IMG/VR virus record: IMGVR_UViG_3300009184_000002
Strand: one strand, 5' to 3'
Source of the DNA: an uncultured virus (IMG/VR IMGVR_UViG_3300009184_000002)
Lineage: Duplodnaviria; Heunggongvirae; Uroviricota; Caudoviricetes
Length of the DNA stretch: 64,000 bases
The notes under the pieces were generated by a model that was not told the DNA's origin, ran no database searches, and saw only the letters and a program-made list of their open reading frames with translations. Position numbers and translations under genes: made by a program. Shown here piece after piece: positions 19,762 through 29,878 of this stretch; positions within the stretch are counted from its first letter, which is position 1, and each line of letters begins with the position of its first letter.

Positions 19762-20531
19762 ACCTAAATTTCGGGCCGTGGTATAAAAACAACACACAGG
19801 GTATTTACCTATTGACAAGCAAAGTGTGGCAGCAAAACAACAATCTGGCCAGGGTAAACCCTAACGATCAGATCGCGCCATATTGAACGATCGACAATGC
19901 CCTAATACACTAGCTCCAAGTTTTTTTGATGAGCTATAAACCCCCTTAAAACCCGTCTAAATCGATTTACCTATTTTTGCCTATTATTTAAGCATGACAA
20001 AAAATTATTTTTTCATTTGTGGCAGCAAAACAACACACAGGGTATCTACCTATTGACAATTCAAGTGTTGTAAATACCCAACACCTGGCCTAAGGGTAAA
20101 CCCTAAGGACCAGATCGTGCCATATTGAACGATCGTTTACCCTCCAATACACTTGTAAGCAAAACCACTAAAACCCGCCAAAACCCGTTTAAATCGTTTT
20201 TAGGGGTATAGGTTGTTGAGAATTATTCTCAAATGGTATTTTTGCCTACCCTGTAAGGGTTTCCCCTAATAGTTATTCTATACCATTCCTATAAGATAGT
20301 GATAGGGCAATTGTGCCTATTATTTGGAGGGTAATTATATGGTAGTTACTTACTATAGCAAACCAATTAAAACCATTCAGTATCACCAATTTAAAATTGA
20401 TTATGTTGACTGGGATACTGGTTTTAGATTGTTGGAAGTAAATCAAGTGCCACATCAATCTATGATTAATTACGATTTTAGTTTTTTTATGAATGTATTA
20501 CTTAAACTTAGAACAGAAGGGAAAATTTAAT

Positions 20532-23500
20532 ATGCAACGATCAATTTCCAGTATTGCTTACGATATAAAGCGGGTTTGGGCAAAACCATATTTTGGTGCT
20601 AAACCTTATTTAGATGCAATGACACAATTAGGTAGTATCAACGATAAATTTATTGACGATGATGCCCGCTCTATTGTGATGTATTTTTTAGCGAATGCAT
20701 CAACCTTTAGAGGCAACGATGCCAAAGTATTAAAGCAAGAATTAAAAACACTTTTAAAGGGAGCATAAAAAATGGTAGAGGAATTCAAACCCGCAAAATT
20801 TAAGCTTGATTTTTTTGAAGATGATCAAGCAGTAGATGGCATGACATTCGGAAAATCTTGGAATGGATGGGAATGCCCTTATTTCACCCCCGAAAATGCC
20901 AAGAAAATTGTTGAATTATTTACCGATGGATTTTTGACATATGATGCCGAAAAGGATGTTTATGTCTACGATCCTAATCAAGATCCAGAAGATATAGATA
21001 TATTTGAACCTAGCAATGTCGATGGGCAAAAATACTATGCAATTGGATGGGGTAGTTGGTGTTGGTGGACACCTTATGATTTTGAGAAAGGGGAATAATT
21101 ATGCAATATCAGAAAGCTTTAGATATTTGGAAGTTATCTGATAAATCCATCGCTCAGTTACAAACTGGGCAATGGGTTTTTGGAGGTGATACTAAAAACT
21201 TAGGTAGGTTTTTAGGTGTTAAAAAATCGGGTACTGTAGTGGTGGCATGGCAAGGCAATGCCAGTTTTCAAAAATCTTATATTGACTACATCAAGCAATT
21301 ACTTAACTACGCAAAGGCAAATTAATATGGATAACTATACGGCAGTAGGAATAGCAGAGGGTTTTATTGAGTGCGACTCAGAAGAGCAAGTACTGCAAGC
21401 ATGGCAGTACTTGCATGACACCCGCATAGGGTATGGATTGCAAGGGTTTTTTGGCAGAACGCTCAAGCAATTACTGGATGAGGGATTGATCAACCCCTAG
21501 GCAGCAAATGTTGTTTTTATACCACGGCCAGGTTAGGGTATACCCCTATTGATCTACTAAAAACCATTCTGTAGAGTGGTTTTTGTTGGAGTCAGTAGTT
21601 TAATTTAACAATGGAGGATGTATGGCAAATTGGAAATATCAAATCAATCTCTCAGATATTTTTGAGAATGTTGAAGATCAACCTATCGAAACAACTGCAA
21701 TGGAAATTTATCAACGCTTTACCAATTTTATGGATGCACATCCAAGCTTATTTGAGGATGAGTATTCAGTAGTAGATGCAATTGACGAATTAAAATATTG
21801 TGAGTCGACTGAAGAGATCGATTACCAATTGTCAGCATTGTATGATTTTGCAGATGAGCATCGTATTTGGATCAACACTTGGGAGGTAGCATGAATTTTC
21901 AAATTAAAGGTTTTAAAACTTGGAATACCGATGATGGTGGCGGATATCAATTCAATTTGTATTTGGATAAAAAGAAATTCGCTTATGTCCACAACGATGG
22001 CAATGGTGGATGCATAGACATGAAATTCTATGATCTTAAATTTATGGGTGGGCAGTATGGATGGGATGAGTCACCATCCGCCATTGTTTGGAATAAGTAT
22101 GTCAAATCATTAGGTCAATGGAAATCTGATTTTGGTGCGATCAACGGCACAGAATGGTTTGATCACGATACTGAAACTGCAATTGGTATATTGGTAGAAG
22201 AGTATGAGATGTCTAAGCATCGTAAGAAGGGCATTCTATTTCGCTTGTTGACTGATAGTGAGAATGCATTCCGCACCATCACAACGCACGATATGGATAA
22301 AGCAGTCGCTTTCCTTGACAAGCAGTATGGTCAGGGTAAGTACCTACTTGTTTAGTATTGCTTAGTAAGGCATTCTATGAGTGTCTTACTGGATCAATAT
22401 TGATCAACACTTGGGAGGTAGTATGAGCAAAACATATGCCATATTTAGTCAAAAACATGATGCTGAAATTTGGGTTAATCTTAAACTGGGCGATCGTGAA
22501 AGCATTGATACTGCAAAGGAATTAATTTTCTCAGAGATGGATGCAGACGATAGTTTAGAGGGTGGATATGTTGAGTCATACCCGTTCTTTCAAGCAGATT
22601 GGAAAGTAGTAGGTGGTCGATTGGATTATCCATTCGATTTTGATCAAGTAATGGAAGTAGATAACGATTGGGGAGCATTCGATGTCACAGAAGAAAATTA
22701 AAATCAGAGTGAACACTCAGTTTGATTTAGAAGTATCGGAAGAGTACTTGGAGAAATTACAGAAGTACGATTTCAAATGGGCAATTTCTGAAAATTGTTT
22801 CCGCAACAATGCAATGCAAAATGTAACCGCAACCATGGAGGTATTAAAAAATGAAACAGTTTGAATGTTTTTGGGGTGATGGATATCGCAACATGGATAA
22901 TAAATCCATCCTTGAATACCACGATTTACATTTTTTTAATGAAGATCGTGGGTATAGTTTTATTGACTCAACAAAAATTAGCACTCTTCAAATTGGTGAG
23001 TACGCACAATTTCAAGAGTCTGGCGATCATTGGGTGCGGAGGATGTCATGACAGTCGGTGAAATCATTCAAGAATTGCGTAGGTTTGATCCATCCTACCA
23101 AGTAACTGTTTTTGTGGATAACGAGCGTTGCGAGATATGGGACATTGACGATTCATTTATCGAGCAAGGCATCATCGAATTAAATGCGGAGATATCATGA
23201 AAAAATGGCAAATACAAGCATTGTTTTTTAATGAAGGGTGGGAGTGTCCCGAAGATTGCCCTACCCTTTACGATACCAAGGAAGAGGCGGAAATCGAACT
23301 TGAAGATCATCTCACCGACATGGAGTATGCAGTAGAGATGGGTTACATGAGCGATTATGATGCCCATGATTGGCGGGTCGCAGAGGTAGAAGTGTGAGGC
23401 AGCCCCAAGAGTCAATAGGGGTAATCCCTGGTCCCAGAATTCCGGATTCGGCCAGGGTAACTACCTATTTACTTTTATTGTAGTGGCAGTAATATTGAGT

Positions 23501-25536
23501 CTTCAACAAGGAGAATGTTATGAAATTTAATTTAGTGGTGGACATTGATGATTCATACATCGATGAGTATTTAGCAGAAAACCCAACAGTTACTTTGAAA
23601 GAACTTGAGGGTCAATTGAGCAATGCTTGCTATCTTGGTTTAGATTGCACCAATGCCATCATCATGCGACAGTTTAGTTTTGGCATTTGCGATACCTATG
23701 TCAAGAAAACAGTTGTGTGGGACAAATCATGGGGTCAATACTGGGGCGACAATTTTCCAACAGAAAACGACTGCTCTATGGATGTAGTTAAACACCATGC
23801 AAGCACCAACAGAGTCGCATTGACTAAAGAGGCTATTAACTTCGGATTGTCAATGTGGAACGAGGGTAACTTAGCGGAGAAACTATCATGAAAATCTATC
23901 GTGCGTATTATGACAGTCGCAATTTCTCATTCGAGGCATATAGTGAGGACGAGGGTGTTGCTATGTCTACTGTACTTAAGGCATTGCGTATCCATACCAA
24001 GCAATGTGATCTCGAACCCGATTGGTATATGTTTGGTGATAGTGACGGCATTGAGTGTGATGAGTACCAATTAAACAAACCTTATAGAGATAGGAGCATC
24101 GTAAAATGATTTTATACGGCATAGATGACCTACACTTTTCGGTCAATGACATCCACGAACAATGGGATGAAGGTCAGATCCATTACGATGATGCCCAAGA
24201 ACTGTTAGTTAAATGTTGCAAAGAGTTTATTAAACAAGCGGAGCAAAAACAAAATGAAAAGTAATTACGAAAAGGCAGTACAAGTGTATGAAGATGGTGG
24301 CATGATTGCAGTCTTTGATGCAGTTAGAGATGGGTTTTTAACGCATGATGGTTATTATCATTGTGTACCATGTGAGTGCCAAACCCCTCATGAGGGCAGT
24401 ACTTGCCTCGTTTGTGGGACTGACGAACCAAGGCAGCCCGAGGTCGGCCAGGTTTTGGATCACCAAATTTTCTTCAAAACTGCAAGTGATTGCCACTTGT
24501 GGTTAGAAGAGAATGAGATCTACAATCCAGTAACGCTAACTATTCACTTAGGAGATTAATATGAAAGACGGATTATTTACTCAAAACCCCGAATATCATA
24601 AGGGTACATTCATTGAGGATTCGGATGATGTTATGCATTTTCTTGTAGAATTAAGTGAAAGATTGGCAGACGAACCCGATTACGATGATTATTTAAAACT
24701 TAAATTAGTTAGTGCTTTAGAATTTTTAAATGGAGATTAATATGAAAATGTATATCAATGAAGTAATGATCCGTCATTGGATCGGTAGTGACCATGACAA
24801 TAAAGATGCAGTACTTGGTTTGTTGGTCGAGTTATTAAATGGTAAGTACTCCGTTGAGGAGATGCGTAACGATGTATTGGAATTGTGGGAGGACACAGTA
24901 TGAATTCTAACGACTACGCACAAGGTGATGGTATGAAGTTGGTGCTTGTCATTACTGCCGATGATCCAGTATCATTGGATGAGGGCTTGCGTAATGCCCT
25001 TAAAGATATGCAGTTTGGTGTACAGTCAACAAAACAAGCGTCAGATGATTATTTTTATGCGTTTGAAATACTTAATCGTAAAAAGGAAACAGTATGAACT
25101 GGGAACAACAATTCGTGGAAAGCTTTATCACCAAACTGGTAAACCCTCCAGTAAACAACGATGATTTAATGGACAAAGTAATTAATCAAATTAAATCTGA
25201 TTTATCTGATGGCGATGTAACTGCCATTGAAGAATTACTAAATTGTGTACCAGTTAAAAATTTACAAGCATTTTTGGGGGAACTATGAACTTACAAGCAA
25301 AAATCAACGGCATTCAAGAGGCAAGGCGAGTAGGTAATAACCCGCTGCCTTGTGGCGAAGGTGTGCATCGTGACTATGACCTTGAGGCACAACGCAGAGA
25401 ATCAGCGTGCGATGAAACCCAAGCGATCATTGAGAAGTATGGTTCAATTGCAAACTGGAGAGCATGGGAAAAAGAATTCTATGCATCGTCACCCGAGCGT
25501 AGAGCAGAAATGCTTGCGGAGGAAAAACGCAAATGA
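20532..25536 (+). other. Early region: cluster of about 20 small hypothetical CDSs (e.g. 20532-20768, 20772-21098, 21101-21325, 21327-21500, 21622-21894, 21891-22355, 22423-22701, 22682-22864, 22851-23051, 23197-23397, 23520-23891, 23888-24109, 24254-24559, 24900-25097, 25094-25288, 25285-25536)
   Basis: Tightly packed, often acidic ORFs with strong GGAG/GAGG RBSs and ATGA overlaps, typical of host-takeover regions. No functions recognised. Confidence 0.75.
21549..21577 (+). promoter_or_regulatory. Putative sigma70-type early promoter
   Basis: TTGATC-N17-TAGAGT preceded by an AGGGTATACCCCT element. Confidence 0.5.
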
Positions 25537-25850
25537 AACGCACTTTAGCGATAGCCTTAATTCTATACCACACAACCACGCTTGCTCAGCCATTGGCGGT
25601 AACTCCCAATGTAACGGGCGGGTACACCATACTAACGGACGAAGATTGCACTACCAGTACCAAATACCTCCAAGCGTATGCAACCAATGAGAAAGGTGAT
25701 GTCACCAAGGCGTGCTGGTATCCCGAAGGTGAATTCATTTACTTTGTGCCAAAGAATGGTAAACTAAGAAGATTGCCCATTGATCAGTTTGAGATCGTTG
25801 TGCCACCAGTAAAGAAGAAAGTCAAAGAGGGTAGTAAGGTCAATGTTTAG
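25533..25850 (+). CDS. Exported small protein with signal peptide
   Basis: MKRTLAIALILYHTTTLA-QP resembles a signal peptide; two Cys. Confidence 0.55.
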   Translation: MKRTLAIALILYHTTTLAQPLAVTPNVTGGYTILTDEDCTTSTKYLQAYATNEKGDVTKACWYPEGEFIYFVPKNGKLRRLPIDQFEIVVPPVKKKVKEGSKVNV

Positions 25851-26018
25851 ATACTTAGTTTATGAGGATGGTGAGCTAGTGCGTAAGTTTGCCTCACGCA
25901 TTGAATGCGAACCATACCTCAGAACTGGGTGTACGCTCAAGGTCTTACCCAAACCTAAGAACCCAACACCAACGATGATCATGCAACACGCTCATCAATT
26001 ATGCGGAGATGCCCCCTT

Positions 26019-26594
26019 TTGAAAACAAGAAAGAACTCACTCTCAGATTACATGAGATCGCTATATGGAATACCCACGCTTACAGTAATAGAAGAGCGAA
26101 ACCTGGCCGACCGAATTGCAACAGGGGACGAGCTTGCGCTGGAAAAGCTAGTGACTCACAACTTACGATTTGCAGTCACGACTATTAAAAACACCCCAAC
26201 TTGGAGGCATTCTGGAGTTGACATGGAAGACCTAATTGGGTTTGGCAACGAGGCATTGCTCCTTGCAGCCCGAAAATGGAAACCCATTAACGACATTCGT
26301 TTTGTGTCATATGCTCGCCAAGTAATTCTTACCGAAGTCAATCGGGGTGTGGCAAACACCAAGAATCTAATTCGTCTACCAGTAAATGTGACCGAAGAGA
26401 TACGGCGCATGAGGTACACCGAAAGAACATTGAGTCAAGAACTGGGAAGAGAACCAAGCTACCACGAACTTGCTCAAAAATTAGGCGTGTCACCATTGCG
26501 TATTGCTGAACTGAATGGTATACTCGACAAAGAACCCATTAGTTTGGAAAATTTCAATACAGAGCATTTAGGAGATGAGGGATATGACACTTGA
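26019..26594 (+). CDS. Sigma70-family factor, regions 1.2/2/3 only (no region 4)
   Basis: SLSDYMRSL, ALEKLVTHNLRFAV, EDLIGFGNEALLLAARKW, RFVSYA, LIRLP, LSQELGREPS..ELAQKLG, EPISLE, then a stop about 13 aa later. TTG start inferred from a GGAG RBS. Confidence 0.85.
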   Translation: MKTRKNSLSDYMRSLYGIPTLTVIEERNLADRIATGDELALEKLVTHNLRFAVTTIKNTPTWRHSGVDMEDLIGFGNEALLLAARKWKPINDIRFVSYARQVILTEVNRGVANTKNLIRLPVNVTEEIRRMRYTERTLSQELGREPSYHELAQKLGVSPLRIAELNGILDKEPISLENFNTEHLGDEGYDT

Positions 26595-26931
26595 TCTAAC
26601 AGAAGAGCAATTAAAAGCTTATCGCAGATTTATACGAGCAAGAGATCTAGTCAAATTAGTTAAAACCAATGATAATATACGAAACCCGTACATTCCCCAT
26701 CGTGATTACATCGACTCAATACGATTTGAAGGTTGCAATCATTCCGTGTTTATCCAAAATGACGAATGGTTGGAATACAAAGAGGCATCATCAGCGTGGT
26801 GGCAAATTGAACCAAGGTTTAGGCACGACCAAAGAATGCGAGCCAGCCGTGGTGATTATGGTGTCGAAGACAACTGGGATGAAGATGGATCAGATGTCGT
26901 GGACATATACCAATACTTCAAGGAGGAGTAA
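26584..26931 (+). CDS. Hypothetical protein
   Basis: ORF overlapping the sigma stop, with an RBS. Confidence 0.55.
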   Translation: MTLDLTEEQLKAYRRFIRARDLVKLVKTNDNIRNPYIPHRDYIDSIRFEGCNHSVFIQNDEWLEYKEASSAWWQIEPRFRHDQRMRASRGDYGVEDNWDEDGSDVVDIYQYFKEE

Positions 26932-28341
26932 ATGAAATACTTATCAGTATGTAGTGGAGTCGAGGCGGCTACTGTAGCATGGCACGACCTTGGGTGGAAA
27001 CCGATTGCCTTCTCGGAGATCGAACCTTTTCCATCAGCAGTACTAGCACATCGTTTTCCAAACGTTCCCAATGTAGGGGACATGACTAAATATAAGGAGT
27101 GGAACTTAAATGATTCAATCGACCTTCTCGTGGGAGGCACACCTTGCCAATCCTTCAGCGTCGCTGGGCTTAGAAAAGGACTTGAAGACCCAAGGGGTAA
27201 CCTCATGCTTACCTATGTGGGCATTCTTGACAAATTTAGACCCAAGTGGTGCGTTTGGGAAAATGTGCCAGGTGTCCTCAGTTCAAACGGAGGACGGGAT
27301 TTTGGTTCCTTCCTTGGGGCGTTGGTCGAACTCGGGTATGGGTTCGCCTATCGGGTGCTTGACGCTCAACACTTTGGAGTACCACAAAGACGCAGAAGAG
27401 TCTTCGTTGTTGGATGTCTTGGAGACTGGGTTAGTCCCGCAAAGGTTCTTTTTGAGTCAGAAAGCTTGCTCGGGAATTCTAAGACGGGCAGAGGTAAGAA
27501 ACAAGACTCTTCCGCCACTTCTACATCAAGCACTGAAATCAATGGCGGAGCAGACAGAATAGCTCATGCTATCTCAACCAAAACAAGACATGATCCTACA
27601 ACCAATACGCTGATCCCTTGTCCACCCGATGGAAAAGATACCATTGGAACTTTGATGGCTCGGGATTACAAAGGTTTTGGAAACCAAGACATGAAAGACG
27701 GACGAGGATTAATTGTTTATGAAAACCATCCCACTGATTCTCGAGTCCGAGAAATGGGGTCTGTATGTACCACTGTTACTGCGAGATGGGGAACTGGTGG
27801 TGGGAATGTGCCTTTTGCTCTGGCAGAAAATACCATTGGAAGACAACCCATGAATGGCGGTAACGGCAATGGGTTTACTGAAGGTGGGCCGATGTACACT
27901 CTGAATGCTACTGGCGTACATGGTGTGGCGTATGGGTTTGAACCCGGAATTGCCAAGCGTGACGGCAACCCAAATCGTTTTGTAGAGGATAAGACTCCAA
28001 CATTGCGTGCCAATATGGGTGACAATCAAACGGCTACGGCATACGCAGTTGATGTGTATAACCAAGCGGTTGATGGTGATGTGGCTGCTACACTAACAAG
28101 TGCGTGCGGTGGTACAAACACAAGCGGACCTAAGCTCATGCAGAACATGGCGGTGCGTAGGCTTACTCCAATTGAGTGTGAGCGGTTACAAGGCTTTCCC
28201 GATAACCACACCAACATTCCTTGGCGTAAGAAAGAGGAGTCGCCCGATGGACCACGCTACAAAGCGATGGGCAACAGTATGGCAGTGCCAGTAATGCATT
28301 GGCTTGGACAACAAATTCAACAAGTGGAGGTATTATCATGA
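26932..28341 (+). CDS. dcm: DNA (cytosine-5) methyltransferase, large subunit
   Basis: Motif I LSVCSGVE, IV GGTPCQSFS, VI WENVPG, VIII PQRRRRVF, IX RRLTPIECERLQGFPD, X GNSMAVPV. Confidence 0.92.
   Translation: MKYLSVCSGVEAATVAWHDLGWKPIAFSEIEPFPSAVLAHRFPNVPNVGDMTKYKEWNLNDSIDLLVGGTPCQSFSVAGLRKGLEDPRGNLMLTYVGILDKFRPKWCVWENVPGVLSSNGGRDFGSFLGALVELGYGFAYRVLDAQHFGVPQRRRRVFVVGCLGDWVSPAKVLFESESLLGNSKTGRGKKQDSSATSTSSTEINGGADRIAHAISTKTRHDPTTNTLIPCPPDGKDTIGTLMARDYKGFGNQDMKDGRGLIVYENHPTDSRVREMGSVCTTVTARWGTGGGNVPFALAENTIGRQPMNGGNGNGFTEGGPMYTLNATGVHGVAYGFEPGIAKRDGNPNRFVEDKTPTLRANMGDNQTATAYAVDVYNQAVDGDVAATLTSACGGTNTSGPKLMQNMAVRRLTPIECERLQGFPDNHTNIPWRKKEESPDGPRYKAMGNSMAVPVMHWLGQQIQQVEVLS
27110..27562 (+). 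CDS. Nested alternative-frame ORF, probable beta subunit of the C5-MTase
   Basis: 150 aa in another frame ending LLDVLETGLVPQRFFLSQKACSGILRRAEVRNKTLPPLLHQAL, with AGGAG/GGAA upstream. Same arrangement as M.EcoHK31I alpha/beta. Confidence 0.6.
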   Translation: MIQSTFSWEAHLANPSASLGLEKDLKTQGVTSCLPMWAFLTNLDPSGAFGKMCQVSSVQTEDGILVPSLGRWSNSGMGSPIGCLTLNTLEYHKDAEESSLLDVLETGLVPQRFFLSQKACSGILRRAEVRNKTLPPLLHQALKSMAEQTE

Positions 28342-29530
28342 TGGTATCAGTACTTACAGGTTTCTTTTTATCTTCTGGTGACGCTCATTGGGGCTGGTGG
28401 ATGTTATTTTGGTTAGCATTCTTTGCACAATTTATTCTTACGACTATAATCAGTATGTTTTTAGTAGTAAAAAGAAAATGATTAGTTTTAAGTTTCGTAA
28501 GATCATTCGTCGCAATGCCTTTACTCAGGTATTTAAGAGTTTTGGAAAGCGACGTTCGATGTTGGATTACAAGCATTTAAAAATAGTATGTCGTAACCCA
28601 AGAGCAAAGCGAACCAGCAATCAAATGATTCGCAGAGCCAATCAGGGTCATCGTAATAAAATATATGGACGCATCAACGCAATTAAGACACGATTAACAT
28701 TTGGCAGATACCCAAAAGTTCCACAATTTAGGAGATAGTATGGACACAAAAGAATTGATTGAACAACTAGATCAACGATACGGCAACCCGCACGCTAAAG
28801 AGTGTGCTCTCATTCAAGAGGCTATCCGTGTGTTGCGTTACCAACAAGAAGAGCTTGAGGCTCTAATGGATCAGATCAAATGAGTGAACCTAAACGCAAG
28901 ATGATTGACCCACCCAGTGGTTGGAAGTATGGTTTTCCTAAAGAGATACCCGAGCACGTCGACAACACGCGCCAGTGGTTATTAGATAACGGCTACCCGC
29001 AGTCAGAGATCGACGCCTGCGGTGATCAATTTTTTGTAAGGGGTTGGTACGAATGACCACATTCACCACACAAGACCGGCAAGATGCGCAACGTACTCCG
29101 TTGAGCGAAGAAGAGATTTTTCACTTAGCTAAAAAAAGTGGCAATGAAAAACAAATTCTTTTATGGGAACTAAACCCGTATGAGTTCGCCCGCGCCATCG
29201 AACGCGCCCACGGAATAGGCGAATGAGCTTTACCATCTACCAAGCAGACGGGCTCAAAACCATTCAATGGTTTTCCTCAGTGGACACCCTAATTGCCAGC
29301 ATGCTGGCCAACCCCAATAATAGGTATTGGAGAAATACATGAAAGCAAGACAAGTAGAAGTGTTTGACCAGGATGGCAACTTAGAAAAGATTGAGATTAC
29401 ATTAGAAAACGGGACTCATCTTTTTGACGCACAATGGGATGAAAACGATGAGCAAACCGAAAATAATCGAATTGCTTTTCGAGAATGGACAAAACGCATG
29501 GTCAGTCAGCAAGGACATGACCTTACTTAA
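28338..29530 (+). other. Cluster of small hypothetical CDSs (28338-28481 membrane, 28478-28738 basic, 28740-28883, 29053-29226, 29339-29530 and others)
   Basis: Consecutive overlapping ORFs with RBSs. Confidence 0.55.
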
Positions 29531-29533
29531 CAG

Positions 29534-29558
29534 ATGCCCTTCGGGGCATTTTGTTTTA
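29534..29558 (+). terminator. Rho-independent terminator
   Basis: ATGCCC-TTCG-GGGCAT followed by TTTGTTTT. Confidence 0.75.
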
Positions 29559-29575
29559 TGGTGCGCCGCAAAAGA

Positions 29576-29770
29576 CACAGTATCCACCCTATATTTGACT
29601 TTACCCCCTACTGTGTTTTCTTTTATTAAATTAAAATAGAAATAATAAAGAAATACTATGGATACTGTGGATTGCATGAAATTTCAATAGAATTATCAAA
29701 TGGAATCAACAACATACAAACTAAATGGTGCGCCGCGATACAACTTTTTCACCAAATTGTATCCTGTCTT
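29576..29770. repeat. Second copy of the ori-like element
   Basis: Inverted repeat CACAGTATCCA / TGGATACTGTG around an AT tract. Shares AATAAAGAAATACTATGGATAC with 17984-18005 and GTATCCTGTC with the 18.1 kb repeats. Confidence 0.65.
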
Positions 29771-29847
29771 CTATGGATAATGATTACTTTTAGTTATATG
29801 TATATTACTTTTATGTCTAGAAATAGTACAAAAGGTATGGCAAAATT

Positions 29848-29858
29848 TGCATAAGTAG
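29848..29858 (+). promoter_or_regulatory. Phage promoter, -10 box only (upstream of primase)
   Basis: TGCATAAGTAG with no AGGGCG at 16 bp. Confidence 0.65.
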
Positions 29859-29878
29859 ATAGCACACAAGGAAAATAG

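Larger units (their letters stand above)
18655..20200 (+). repeat. Three dispersed ~170-190 bp regulatory repeats (about 18655-18850, 19788-19980, 20030-20200)
   Basis: Each contains CAACACACAGGGTA...CCTATTGACAA...AGGGTAAACCCTAA...CAGATCGYGCCATATTGAACGATCG...AAACCCG...AAATCG. Confidence 0.85.
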
